DNA of 50,965 bases from positions 1-50,965 of the IMG/VR virus record IMGVR_UViG_3300033148_004150; one strand, written 5' to 3'. The position numbers were made by a program, and so were the translations under genes. The number at the start of each line of letters is the position of its first letter. Position 1 is the stretch's first letter. The notes under the pieces were generated by a model. It was given only the letters and a program-made list of their open reading frames with translations, was not told where the DNA came from and ran no database searches. The DNA comes from a virus (Duplodnaviria > Caudoviricetes). This document shows, in pieces, positions 10,446 to 20,170 of the stretch.

Positions 10446-10474
10446 TTGACAATGAATTTGAATCATTGTAAGAT
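10446..10474 (+). promoter_or_regulatory. Sigma70-type promoter for the replication module
   Basis: TTGACA-17 bp-TAAGAT, just after the terminator. Confidence 0.8.
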
Positions 10475-10492
10475 GGGTATGTTCGCTATTTG

Positions 10493-10590
10493 CTCGCGGT
10501 GATTGACTTGAACGAAAGTCGCTCCAGTAGGCATCCGGTGGAGCCAGCCGGGACGGAGAGTTGGTAGCTACGAGTCCAACTCACCGCGAG
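10493..10590 (+). ncRNA. Non-canonical tRNA-like (cloverleaf) RNA 1
   Basis: Closing stem CTCGCGGTGA/TCACCGCGAG; arms GACTT/AAGTC, CTCCA/TGGAG, CCG/CGG and GTTGG/CCAAC with tRNA-like spacing; enlarged loops; no encoded CCA. Confidence 0.65.
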
Positions 10591-10632
10591 ATTTTTGAAT
10601 ATAATATACAACAAAAGGTAAAAAGTGATGTC

Positions 10633-10788
10633 GTGAGTGAAAAAAGTTTCGGAGAACGCCTCAGTGACGGCTGGCGATTGCTAAGTGATGATTTCGGTGA
10701 ACAAGATAACGATAAATTCGTTACATTTGAAGATGATTTACATGACTATCTAGACGAAGAAAAAGATTCCACAAAAGAGGAACTGTAA
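10633..10788 (+). CDS. Small acidic hypothetical protein
   Basis: Likely GTG start at 10633 after AAAGGT; abuts the next gene; the TTG start at 10561 lies inside the RNA structure. Confidence 0.5.
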   Translation: MSEKSFGERLSDGWRLLSDDFGEQDNDKFVTFEDDLHDYLDEEKDSTKEEL

Positions 10789-11586
10789 ATGGCTTATGAT
10801 TTAGCTTCATTATCCAATGAAAAACGAGTACGAGCGCCACGAATTATTTTGCTCGGGGAACAGAAGATAGGCAAGAGTACATTTGCTGCCGGTGCAGATT
10901 CCCCGGCTTTCTTGCCAATAATGGGCGAAGAGGGAATTGATGATCTTAATCCACAGCCATTTGCACCCCCGGAACCTTGTGATTCATTAGCTGATGTTAT
11001 GGGGTGGCTTTATGCTTTCGGCCAAGATAAGCATCCCTATCAGACTGTAGTAATTGATTCCGTAAGTACACTAGAACCGATCATCCATGCGGAAATATGC
11101 CAAGAAGCTAATGTGAAGAGCATTAACGAAGGTCCATTAGGCTTCGGTACTGGCCTTGACAAGGCGGGAGTCATATGGCGACAAATTACAGAGGTTCTCG
11201 ATGCGCTGCGAACTCATAAAAATATGACTTCTATTTTAGTTGGCCACGTAGCAGTAAGACGCTTCGATGATCCAAATGGTGAATCTTACGATCAGTATCA
11301 ATGGGACATTCACCACAAGGCCGCCAATCTCCTTTATCGCTGGGCTGATTGCATTCTCTTCTGTAATACAAAAGTTATTGTGACCCATGAGAAACTTGGA
11401 TTTCACAAAGATAACGTAAGGAAAGTTGGAAGAGATATAGCCCCTGGCTCTCGTTTCTTATATACTCAGAAACGCCCATCACACCCTGGCGGAGGAAGGG
11501 GCGTGTATGGACATTTGCCTTATGAATTGCCCTTGAGTTGGGGTAATTTCCGCGATGCTGTTGCAAAAGCAATGAAAGGACAATAA
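10789..11586 (+). CDS. Sak4-like AAA_24 ATPase (phage single-strand annealing/recombination protein)
   Basis: Walker A GEQKIGKST, Walker B VVIDS, ILVGH, WADCILF; close to the DUF669 SSB gene. Confidence 0.85.
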   Translation: MAYDLASLSNEKRVRAPRIILLGEQKIGKSTFAAGADSPAFLPIMGEEGIDDLNPQPFAPPEPCDSLADVMGWLYAFGQDKHPYQTVVIDSVSTLEPIIHAEICQEANVKSINEGPLGFGTGLDKAGVIWRQITEVLDALRTHKNMTSILVGHVAVRRFDDPNGESYDQYQWDIHHKAANLLYRWADCILFCNTKVIVTHEKLGFHKDNVRKVGRDIAPGSRFLYTQKRPSHPGGGRGVYGHLPYELPLSWGNFRDAVAKAMKGQ

Positions 11587-11587
11587 G

Positions 11588-11848
11588 ATGGAAGTACCTA
11601 CGTTTTGTGTTGAACTTACAGAAGGGGCCAAGGAAAAAACACTAGCCGACATTCCAGAATGGACTTTAGCTGAATGTATTTACTCGCATAATGCATATTC
11701 GGTTATGCGATTTAGAATTGGAGATTATGCATATAGCGCTGATGTAAAAGGAGAAAAACCAATTAAGCAATCTTTGTCGTTGACAAAGGAATACACCATA
11801 AAAAAAATAATTGGTCAAATCATTGTAAGTGAGCAGAAAGGACAATAA
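11588..11848 (+). CDS. Hypothetical protein, tandem paralog 1
   Basis: 86 aa, highly similar to the next ORF. Confidence 0.75.
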   Translation: MEVPTFCVELTEGAKEKTLADIPEWTLAECIYSHNAYSVMRFRIGDYAYSADVKGEKPIKQSLSLTKEYTIKKIIGQIIVSEQKGQ

Positions 11849-11849
11849 G

Positions 11850-12110
11850 ATGAAAGTACCTACGTTTTGTGTTGAACTTCCAGAAAAGGCTAAGGAAAAA
11901 ACACTAGCTGACATTCCAGAGTGGACTTTAGCTGAATGTGATTATTCGTATAATATGCATTCAATTTTGCGATTTAGAATCGGAGATTATGCATACAGCG
12001 CCGATGCGAAAAAAGAAAAACCAATGAGGCAAAATTTAGCAAAGGTATACACCGTAAAAAAAGTAATTGGCCAAATTGTCGTGAATGATTTAATAACCGC
12101 ATCACTCTAA
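11850..12110 (+). CDS. Hypothetical protein, tandem paralog 2
   Basis: Starts MKVPTFCVEL behind the same AAAGGACAATAAG-ATG junction. Confidence 0.75.
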   Translation: MKVPTFCVELPEKAKEKTLADIPEWTLAECDYSYNMHSILRFRIGDYAYSADAKKEKPMRQNLAKVYTVKKVIGQIVVNDLITASL

Positions 12111-12670
12111 TGAAAGGTTTTGACATGAGTAATGATCTTTCGGCTTTTTTTGGTGGCGCTGCATTTGTACCCGCTCAGCATGAAGCCGCAACTGACATTG
12201 ATGTTTATCCACCTGGTAAATATCCGGTATTAATTAAGAAAGCGGAGGTAAGGGAAACCAAGAAGGGGAATGGCCATTTCATTGCACTTGAACTTCAAAT
12301 CCTGGATGGTCCTCATAAGGGCCGAATACTTTTTGATAATATCAACATTGATAATCCGAGTGAACAATGCGTAGAAATTGGTATGCGTACTTTTTCTGCG
12401 CTGGGGCGAGCCATTGGCCTTCAGGCTATTACCAACACAGATCAACTCCTCAATCAAATAGTTGTTGCACATGTTAAAGTCAAAGACAATCAAAATAATG
12501 TGCGAACATATTCTGGATCGACCGCGCCTCCAGTCGCCCCCACTACAGTTCCCTCGCCTCCCACATCTCCAGTTGCTTCACCAGCAATCAATCCAGAGCC
12601 TACCCCCTTGCCGCTGTGGCAAGGGGAACAGCGACCAGTACCTTCACAAAAACCCCCCTGGGAACGATAA
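12110..12670 (+). CDS. DUF669-family single-stranded DNA-binding protein
   Basis: PPGKYPVLIKKAEVRETKKGNG..L..QILDGPHKGRILFDNINI; Pro-rich tail ending PPWER. Confidence 0.85.
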   Translation: MKGFDMSNDLSAFFGGAAFVPAQHEAATDIDVYPPGKYPVLIKKAEVRETKKGNGHFIALELQILDGPHKGRILFDNINIDNPSEQCVEIGMRTFSALGRAIGLQAITNTDQLLNQIVVAHVKVKDNQNNVRTYSGSTAPPVAPTTVPSPPTSPVASPAINPEPTPLPLWQGEQRPVPSQKPPWER

Positions 12671-12690
12671 AAGGCTAACATTAGGTTGTC

Positions 12691-12960
12691 GTGATGAAGC
12701 CCGATCATATCAATGCCTGCTTTGAATTAGTTGCGGGAATCTTAATTATTTTCAATGTAATAAAGATCTACCGCGACAAGAAAACACGCGGCGTATCTAT
12801 TGTACCGCTGGCCTTCATGGTCCTGTGGGGACTTTGGAATTGCTATTTCTATCCCTACATAGGGGTAATGTGGTCTTTTTGGTGTGGTATTATTTGCACC
12901 ATAGTCAATGGCATTTGGATTTCGCAGATGCTTTACTACAGAAAACAGGAGTCTAAATAA
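12691..12960 (+). CDS. PQ-loop/SemiSWEET-like small membrane protein
   Basis: Three hydrophobic helices with KIYRDKKTRGVSI loop. Confidence 0.65.
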   Translation: MMKPDHINACFELVAGILIIFNVIKIYRDKKTRGVSIVPLAFMVLWGLWNCYFYPYIGVMWSFWCGIICTIVNGIWISQMLYYRKQESK

Positions 12961-13433
12961 TGACAATTAACACAGATAATTCCTCCCCCCCGCCGCCACC
13001 TCCACCCCCGCAGCCTAAATTAACGCCAGCCCAAGAGGAAGCAGCAAAACTTTATGTTCTTTCGGTAAACCTTCGTGCTGCAAAAGATGCAGAAAATGCC
13101 GCCAAGGCTAACCGCATTGCAATCGAAGAAATGATTGCAGCCCTTGTCCCCGGTCCAGATGTTGGCCAAGTAACTGCCAAAGTCAAAGATGGATCGAAAC
13201 TTGTTGTTACGCGAGGTTTCAATTACAAGGCTGACTTAGACGGAATCAGGCAAGCTATGGCAGGTAATACATTGCCATGTCCTATCAAATCAAAAACCAC
13301 CCATCAACTTGATGTTGCTGGTTACGAATGGTACAAGAAAAACCACCCTGATGTTTTCTCGTTACTTACTCAACATGTTACTGTCACGCCTAAGAAGGTA
13401 AGTATTGCCTTAAAATCCGCAGGCGGAAATTGA
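12960..13433 (+). CDS. Conserved phage hypothetical protein of replication modules
   Basis: AKDAE..AK..R..IE..I helix and VTVTPKKVSI end; translationally coupled. Confidence 0.6.
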   Translation: MTINTDNSSPPPPPPPPQPKLTPAQEEAAKLYVLSVNLRAAKDAENAAKANRIAIEEMIAALVPGPDVGQVTAKVKDGSKLVVTRGFNYKADLDGIRQAMAGNTLPCPIKSKTTHQLDVAGYEWYKKNHPDVFSLLTQHVTVTPKKVSIALKSAGGN

Positions 13434-13462
13434 TACTTTCAATGATATAAGGGGAAATCATA

Positions 13463-13750
13463 GTGATAGACAAGGAATCTTACTTTGAAACAATCGAACT
13501 ATTGAATCGCGGTAAACGTGCCGAAGCAATTTTAATGGAACGTGATCGCCAAGATGAACTTTGGGGCAAGCAGAATCATTCACTCTCGGAATGGATGGTG
13601 ATTCTCGTGGAGGAAGTTGGCGAATTAGCTGATGCTATAAGTGCTAATATTTTTTGTACAGATGTATCTAAAAAAAATTGGCGCGAAGAAGCTGTCCAAG
13701 TTGCGGCTGTAGCTTTGGCGATGCTTGAACAATATCAAGAGGAAGAATAA
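13463..13750 (+). CDS. MazG-like nucleotide pyrophosphohydrolase
   Basis: ER.RQDELWG.Q, ILVEEVGELA, REEAVQVAAVA. Confidence 0.8.
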   Translation: MIDKESYFETIELLNRGKRAEAILMERDRQDELWGKQNHSLSEWMVILVEEVGELADAISANIFCTDVSKKNWREEAVQVAAVALAMLEQYQEEE

Positions 13751-13765
13751 TAAGAGGATAGATGG

Positions 13766-15100
13766 TTGACTGATATTGCACAATATCTCCCGAAGCAATC
13801 TAAGACCGTGGCAGCTATCTTAGCTTGCTATAAGAAAGCTGGCGATGATAGCCACATGAGTAAAACTCTTCCCATATCGCTAATTGGCCATCCATGTGAA
13901 CGGTATCTGTGGTATATTTTTCGGCAATGCTGCAAACCAAAATTTAGCGGCCGGATGTATCGGCTCTTCGCAACTGGACAGCTTGAGGAAACTCGCTTCG
14001 TCAAAGACCTCCAGGACATCGGTTGTGTAGTTGAAGTTTTTGACGAAAAAACAAATAAGCAATTCAAAGTAACGACTTTTGGCGGGCACTTGAAGGGCTA
14101 CCTGGACGGCTGTGCTCTCGGTATTCCTGAAGCTCCGAAAACTTGGCATGTACTTGAATTCAAGACGCATAATGCCAAATCTTTTCGGGATCTTATCAAG
14201 AAGGGAGTCATGCACGCACAGCGAAAGCATTATGCCCAAATGCAAATTTATATGCATTTAACTGGCATGAAGCGAGCACTGTATTTGGCTAAAAATAAAG
14301 ACACTGATGATCTTTATTCGGAACGTATTCGATATGATGAATACGAGAATGAATTGCTTATGGAAAAAGCAAAACGAATCATTTTAGCGTCAACACCACC
14401 TGATCGAATCTCTAATCGGCCTGATTACTATCAATGTAGCTGGTGTGATGCAAAGCAAATCTGTTGGGGTTCAGACGACAATAGCCCTGCATTGTCAGTT
14501 CCATCCCTTTCTTGTCGGCATTGTTGTCATGCAACGCCGGAAATAACAGAAAACAGCGAAGGGCGCTGGGTGTGTGCGAAAGATGAAGGTTATGTTTCTG
14601 ATGGGCAATCTTGTAAGTGTAAATCTCACCTCATTCTCCCAGGGCTCATTTCTTTCGCGGAACCAATTGATTATGGGCAGGATGGTAACGGCAAAGACTT
14701 CATTGAATTCACAAATAAGGATAAAACGACATGGAAAACTGGGCCCGCATACGGCTGCTACAGCAGCATAGAGCTAACCGAAATTCCAGTTTCATTATTG
14801 GCGAACGGGATGATACAAGGCGCCAAAAAAATCTTTGGGAGCACTGTAACAGAATGCGAACAGGATATTTTAAATCGCTACCCAGAGGAAGATTCGAGGA
14901 CCATTTGGAAGGGGCCAACTGAAGCTTTAGGTAGAGCATGGACACTAACATATGATGAGGATCTAACGAAGCTAAAGCCTATTGCTCGATTTAATAATCC
15001 ATTCGCAAAACCAGGATACGACTCAGCCGAATTAGAGGGTGGACGTGTTGTAATTGTTTGGGATAATGGCACGGCAGAAATCAGAGAGGGAGTGGAATGA
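13766..15100 (+). CDS. PD-(D/E)XK (Cas4/RecB-like) exonuclease with Cys clusters
   Basis: IGHPCERYLWY, GYLDG, LEFKT, HYAQMQIYM, CSWC..C, CRHC. Confidence 0.85.
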   Translation: MTDIAQYLPKQSKTVAAILACYKKAGDDSHMSKTLPISLIGHPCERYLWYIFRQCCKPKFSGRMYRLFATGQLEETRFVKDLQDIGCVVEVFDEKTNKQFKVTTFGGHLKGYLDGCALGIPEAPKTWHVLEFKTHNAKSFRDLIKKGVMHAQRKHYAQMQIYMHLTGMKRALYLAKNKDTDDLYSERIRYDEYENELLMEKAKRIILASTPPDRISNRPDYYQCSWCDAKQICWGSDDNSPALSVPSLSCRHCCHATPEITENSEGRWVCAKDEGYVSDGQSCKCKSHLILPGLISFAEPIDYGQDGNGKDFIEFTNKDKTTWKTGPAYGCYSSIELTEIPVSLLANGMIQGAKKIFGSTVTECEQDILNRYPEEDSRTIWKGPTEALGRAWTLTYDEDLTKLKPIARFNNPFAKPGYDSAELEGGRVVIVWDNGTAEIREGVE

Positions 15101-15250
15101 TGAATTTAACCTACCGACAACGATGGGTCAGGGGATGGTTAGAAATTGGTTCTGGATTAGTGCAAATTGTTTCCCTGGGAAAATGGTCGCCAGCGTGGGT
15201 GGCGAATTGGACCATGAAATGTTTCTTGCGGAATTTTACTTCGTAATACA

Positions 15251-16864
15251 ATGTTAGTGCTGAGGCCCTATCAAACCGAAGCCCTTGAGGCTCTTCATTC
15301 GCATATTTGCGAAAAAAATACAAATCCATGTGTAGTAATTCCAACTGGCGGTGGCAAATCAGCATTGATTGCATGGGCCATTAAGGAATGGAAAGAACAT
15401 GCACCGCACTTCCGTTGTATTATTTTAGCGCACCGGAAGGAATTAATTGAACAAAATATGGCAGAACTTCAGGCTTTGTATTCTGACTCTGATGTGGGTA
15501 TTTTCTCTGCCGCCTTGCAACGACGCGATTACGATGCGAGTATTCTCTATGCCTCTATTGATTCTGTATTCAAACGCGCCGGTGAATTTACGCCCTGGGA
15601 TGTAATTATGGTTGATGAAGCCCATCGTATTCCATTTAGCGGCGAAGGAAAATATCGGACATTCATCAATGAAAGCCAAAAATACAATCCAAGAGTGAAG
15701 GTAATCGGCTGGACTGCTACGCCTTTCCGTATGGCCGGTGGACGAATTTGCCATAAAGATCATATTCTTAATGAAGTTTGCTACGAAGCTAAAGTTACTG
15801 ATCTCATAAAGGATGGTTACCTATGCCCGCTACGTTCAAAAGTTGGTGTAACGCAGCCGGACTTGAAGAGTGTCAAACGCAATTCCGGGGGCGATTACAT
15901 ACTGAAGGGGCTTGCGGAAATTACGAACCGCGAGAAGATCGTTTCCAGCGCAATTGCGGAAGCTGTACGCATAATCCAAGCGGAGAATCGAATTTCCGCT
16001 ATCTTCTTTTGTGTAGACATCGAACATTGCAAGAAGGTATCCCTTGAACTTCGTAAGCATGGGATTTATGCTCCATTTGTCACAGGCAAAACAAAACAAC
16101 AAAATCGTGATCGAATAGCCAAAGATTTTAAGGCAGGTAAACTTCGGGCCATTTGTAATGTCAATGTCTATACGGAGGGATTTAATGCTCAGTGCATTGA
16201 TTGTATTGTGCTCTTGCGGCCCACTTTGTCGCCAGGTCTCTATTCGCAAATGGTGGGTCGCGGCTTGCGTTGTCACCCATCAGTTACAGATTGCTTGGTA
16301 TTGGACTTCGCAAATTGCATTGAGGAACATGGCCCCATTGATCTCCTTAGTGGAGCACCTACGATCATGGCAACATGCCAAGTATGCCGCGAATCTTTCT
16401 CAAGAGCAATTAGATGCTGTCCTGCTTGCGGCTGGGAGATACCCAAACAGGAAATTGAGCGGCTTGAATTAGTTGAAAAGGAAAAACGACTTCACGGCAC
16501 TAAGGTCTCCAAGAAATCTGTCTTATCAAGCGAACCAGAAACTTACAAAGTAGATGCTGTTCATGTTAATCGGCACCGGAAAGAGGGAAGTCCAGATTCA
16601 ATTCGGATACAATATCGCTGCGGATTATCCATGTTCAGGGAATGGATTTGCCTCGATCATTCGGGATATGCCGGGCAACATGCGCAAACTTGGTGGAGAC
16701 AACGATTTGAAGTAAAAAAAAGAGGCAAAAAGCAAACTGTTGATGATGCACTAGAGAATTTATTTCTAACACAAGAACTCCTTGAATGGACTAAGACGAT
16801 TACTGTAAAGCGAAAAGGGAAATACTTCGAGATTATTAAATATAATCAACCCTTGGGAATATAG
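15251..16864 (+). CDS. SF2 DExH helicase (RadD/YejH-like) with zinc finger
   Basis: LRPYQ, PTGGGKS, DEAH, TATP, QMVGRGLR, CQVC..CPAC. Confidence 0.93.
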   Translation: MLVLRPYQTEALEALHSHICEKNTNPCVVIPTGGGKSALIAWAIKEWKEHAPHFRCIILAHRKELIEQNMAELQALYSDSDVGIFSAALQRRDYDASILYASIDSVFKRAGEFTPWDVIMVDEAHRIPFSGEGKYRTFINESQKYNPRVKVIGWTATPFRMAGGRICHKDHILNEVCYEAKVTDLIKDGYLCPLRSKVGVTQPDLKSVKRNSGGDYILKGLAEITNREKIVSSAIAEAVRIIQAENRISAIFFCVDIEHCKKVSLELRKHGIYAPFVTGKTKQQNRDRIAKDFKAGKLRAICNVNVYTEGFNAQCIDCIVLLRPTLSPGLYSQMVGRGLRCHPSVTDCLVLDFANCIEEHGPIDLLSGAPTIMATCQVCRESFSRAIRCCPACGWEIPKQEIERLELVEKEKRLHGTKVSKKSVLSSEPETYKVDAVHVNRHRKEGSPDSIRIQYRCGLSMFREWICLDHSGYAGQHAQTWWRQRFEVKKRGKKQTVDDALENLFLTQELLEWTKTITVKRKGKYFEIIKYNQPLGI

Positions 16865-16874
16865 GAGCATCACA

Positions 16875-17255
16875 ATGAGAATTGCAACGACTAAAATTTA
16901 CCATAAATGCACCAAAGTATCTCTTTTCTCAGGTGATATTGCATTTTACCCGAAAGTAAAAGTAAATGCAGCAAATAGGATGTACATTGATTGGTTGAAT
17001 GATTTGAACATTCCAGATAATGCCCAAGGTATATCCTTGGAATTACATAGTACACCAATACGAGATTCTGTGCCTGTATCGGTAACGCGAATATCTTATT
17101 ATGATGATGAAGAATTCGTTTTGACAAGAAAAAATATGGGAGATTCATGTATTTTTAGCAATGAATTTCAGAAAAAAGATATAAAGAGAATTAGGCATTT
17201 TATAAATCCCAATGAAAAAAAGGAAATGTACTTGTTGGTATATTATTATAAATAG
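16875..17255 (+). CDS. Hypothetical protein (AT-rich)
   Basis: SD AGGAG; 126 aa. Confidence 0.6.
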   Translation: MRIATTKIYHKCTKVSLFSGDIAFYPKVKVNAANRMYIDWLNDLNIPDNAQGISLELHSTPIRDSVPVSVTRISYYDDEEFVLTRKNMGDSCIFSNEFQKKDIKRIRHFINPNEKKEMYLLVYYYK

Positions 17256-17257
17256 AA

Positions 17258-17521
17258 ATGATTCAATTCCACATAATGGACGAAATTCTTAAACATCACG
17301 ACAAAATGACAAATGCGGCTGACATAGGATGGTGCATAGATTTAGCAGTACATGCATCGGAAAAACATAATGATTTGAAATTTTGTGATGTTGTATTAGT
17401 AACTGGAGAAGAATCGCAAAGGAGAAGTGAGCAATTGCTTTTTTGGATGCCCTACAGGAGAATTAAGGGGTGGCTTAAACACCTTGGATATTTAATGGAA
17501 CATTTATCGAAAGTAATATGA
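17258..17521 (+). CDS. Hypothetical protein
   Basis: 87 aa; ATGA overlap with Prim-Pol. Confidence 0.55.
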   Translation: MIQFHIMDEILKHHDKMTNAADIGWCIDLAVHASEKHNDLKFCDVVLVTGEESQRRSEQLLFWMPYRRIKGWLKHLGYLMEHLSKVI

Positions 17522-19794
17522 CCCAACTCCTTAAATATGCCTTGAAATACATCGAACTTAGTTGGAAGATTTTTCCAATAGTTCCACGCCAAAAAGTGCC
17601 CTTAACGGCACATGGCGTCAAGGATGCTTCCTCAGATACTAATCAAATTCGATTATGGTGGGAGAAATGGCCAAATGCCAATATTGCAGTTGCATGTGGC
17701 CAAATAAGTAGCATATACGTCATTGATGTAGATGTAACTGAAGCAGGCGATATAAATGGTTACGAATCATTAGAAGAATTTCCACCACTTCCTGAGACAA
17801 TTGTACAGGCAACTCCACGGGGTGGCTTCCATGCCTTCTACCGGACAGACAATCCCCCAGCCAACCGAAATAGTTTCCGACCGGGAATTGATATTCGCGG
17901 CGATGGATATTATGTAGTAATCGCCCCTTCCGTCCACCCCAATGGGGGGCAATACTTCTGGAAAGAAGATCATTCCCCTTGGGAAATCGAGCCAGTTGAG
18001 TTCCCGGAATTCATGCGGCCAACCACCAGGGCGCCGTGGGCAAAGCCAATATCCTTGCGGGCACCTGCTGCGGCTCCTGTGGCGCCCGCTGCGGCCGATG
18101 TTCTCCAGAGAGCAAGTTTATACTTAGCTGAATGCGAACCGGCCGTACAGGGCTGTGGCGGCCACGATAAGCTCCTCTGGGCGGCCGTGGCAATGGTTCA
18201 TGGATTTTTGCTAACAGATGACCAGGCATTTGACATTCTTGCGAGGGAGTATAACCCCCGCTGCGTACCGCCTTGGGACATTAGCATGACCAAAGATGGT
18301 CGGGACTTCAGGCGAAAAGTTACAGAAGCCCGAAAACTTATGCCTGATAAGCCACGCGGTTGGTTACTGAATGATTCTACTTATATGCCAACGCCATTGA
18401 TTCCGATTGACGTTAAGCAATTGATAGCTGAAAAACAATCAACATTTAAAGAAATTTCAATTACATCTAATTCAACAGAAGCGCATGAAATTGAATTTCT
18501 AACTCACCCCACTGGATTGCTTGGGGATATTTGTAAATGGATCAATACAACAGCCATCAGGAAACAGCCACTTCTTACTTTGGCTTGCGCATTGACATTC
18601 TGTGGTGTTTTATTTGGCCGTAAAGTCCGCGATTCCCTGGGAAGCCGCACAAACCTTTATTGCATGGGAATAGCGAAATCCTCAGCAGGGAAAGCTCATG
18701 CCCCCAGTCAAATTCGCAGACTTTGTGAAGCAGCCGGTTGCCGGGACCTTCTGGGCGGTGATGATGCCGCTTCAGATGCAGCCATTGAAGAGCGCATCCA
18801 AAAGAACCCCGCCTGTCTCTTTCTCTGGGATGAAATCGGACATTTTCTATCACATATTCGATCAGGTATTAGCCAACACCATACACGAATTATTCCATTG
18901 TTAATGAAACTTTATTCCGCTGCCGGAAGTGTATATAAGGGAAAAGAGTATTCTGATTCGGATTTGCAACGAACTATTATTCAACCTTGTTGTTGTATTT
19001 ATGGCACATCTTCGCCAGAACGATTCAGTTCTGGTATTTCTCCAGAAGAACTTCAAGATGGATGGCTCAGTCGATGTTTAGTATTCCGAACAGATACTAA
19101 ACCCGAAAAAGACAGAAGCAATTGCGATGCACTTATCCCACAAGACATAATAGATCAAGTCAGTAAATGGCATAATCGTCAAATTGGTGAGATAGATAAC
19201 AAGAATATCGAAGCCTTCATAGCTTATCATGGAGATATTGGAATATCTTACCAGCAACCACCACAACAAATAGTTGTCCCGGGAACATCCGAAGCTGAAG
19301 ATATTTTTATTTCTTTCGATAATGAATGTACTGAATTTGGAAAAACTATTCCAATTTTAGATTGCTTATGGTCAAAAGGAGAAGAAAATGCAAGGCGCAT
19401 AGCTTTAATTGTGGCTGCAAGTGAAAATTTTAATACTCCATGCATTACTGGTTCTATCGCTGATTATGCCTGTCGACTTATACGATATTTGTTAGTAAAT
19501 TTCGGAAGAGATACAGTACCGACAATTGTCACTTGTCAAATAGATGCACAGAAACAAAAACTCCTGAAAATAATTAACCAAGAAGGCGTTAATGGATGTC
19601 CTAATCGTATCCTGACTCAACGAGCACGATGGTCGAATAAAAAGCAACGCTCAGCTTTACTTGCTGACCTTATCGAGGCAGAGGAAGTCATAATGCAGAT
19701 AAAAGACGGCAAAAAAGCCCCTTCTTTTTGGACTGTTGAAAATTATCGAAAATATTTAGCACAACAAACAGAAGAAAAGTTAAATGACTCCTGA
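17518..19794 (+). CDS. Bifunctional primase/polymerase (Prim-Pol) fused to a DUF3987-like helicase domain
   Basis: IFPI..KVPL..HGVKDAS, WPNANIAV, VIDVD, TPRGGFH, GIDIRGDGYYVVIAPSVH; C-terminal SSAGK, LWDEIG, DGWLSR. Confidence 0.9.
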   Translation: MTQLLKYALKYIELSWKIFPIVPRQKVPLTAHGVKDASSDTNQIRLWWEKWPNANIAVACGQISSIYVIDVDVTEAGDINGYESLEEFPPLPETIVQATPRGGFHAFYRTDNPPANRNSFRPGIDIRGDGYYVVIAPSVHPNGGQYFWKEDHSPWEIEPVEFPEFMRPTTRAPWAKPISLRAPAAAPVAPAAADVLQRASLYLAECEPAVQGCGGHDKLLWAAVAMVHGFLLTDDQAFDILAREYNPRCVPPWDISMTKDGRDFRRKVTEARKLMPDKPRGWLLNDSTYMPTPLIPIDVKQLIAEKQSTFKEISITSNSTEAHEIEFLTHPTGLLGDICKWINTTAIRKQPLLTLACALTFCGVLFGRKVRDSLGSRTNLYCMGIAKSSAGKAHAPSQIRRLCEAAGCRDLLGGDDAASDAAIEERIQKNPACLFLWDEIGHFLSHIRSGISQHHTRIIPLLMKLYSAAGSVYKGKEYSDSDLQRTIIQPCCCIYGTSSPERFSSGISPEELQDGWLSRCLVFRTDTKPEKDRSNCDALIPQDIIDQVSKWHNRQIGEIDNKNIEAFIAYHGDIGISYQQPPQQIVVPGTSEAEDIFISFDNECTEFGKTIPILDCLWSKGEENARRIALIVAASENFNTPCITGSIADYACRLIRYLLVNFGRDTVPTIVTCQIDAQKQKLLKIINQEGVNGCPNRILTQRARWSNKKQRSALLADLIEAEEVIMQIKDGKKAPSFWTVENYRKYLAQQTEEKLNDS

Positions 19795-20170
19795 ATTAGT
19801 CATTATTATTCTCCCGTTGCCTCCGAAGATATTGCAGCCAAATTGTACAATTGCTACAATTAACAGTCGATTTATGAAAGCGGCAGCAACCAAGAGATAC
19901 AGGCGCATGGCAAGAGAAGCTGTGGAAGCAGAGCAAATTGAGACAATGCCGTGGGGGAAGGCATCAGTCCAAGTTGTATTTTATTTTAAAACTAATCATC
20001 GGCGAGACCAAGATAATGCTATGGGAAGTCTCAAATCAGCTTATGATGGTATTGTAGATGCTGGTCTCGTGGAGGACGATGATTATGAACATATGAAACG
20101 AATATCACCTATATTTAAAATTGATCGTAATCATCCAAGGGTAGAGTTTATCATTGAAAGACTTAAATGA
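19784..20170 (+). CDS. RusA-like Holliday junction resolvase
   Basis: LPLPP, RRDQDNAMGSLKSAYDGIVDAGLVEDD, PRVEFII. Confidence 0.8.
   Translation: MTPELVIIILPLPPKILQPNCTIATINSRFMKAAATKRYRRMAREAVEAEQIETMPWGKASVQVVFYFKTNHRRDQDNAMGSLKSAYDGIVDAGLVEDDDYEHMKRISPIFKIDRNHPRVEFIIERLK

Noticed and set aside
10493-10590. Canonical tRNA-Met(CAT)
   Set aside because: The 12-nt anticodon loop, 11-nt T-loop without TTC and absent CCA do not fit; kept only as tRNA-like.
10561-10632. TTG-start N-terminal extension of the small acidic ORF
   Set aside because: It lies within the cloverleaf RNA; GTG at 10633 has a better SD context.
11588-12110. Diversity-generating retroelement template/variable repeat pair
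   Set aside because: No reverse transcriptase is present, both copies are intact genes, and the differences are not confined to adenines.
13766-15100. CRISPR-associated Cas4
   Set aside because: Context (Sak4-like, SSB, helicase) indicates an ordinary phage recombination exonuclease.
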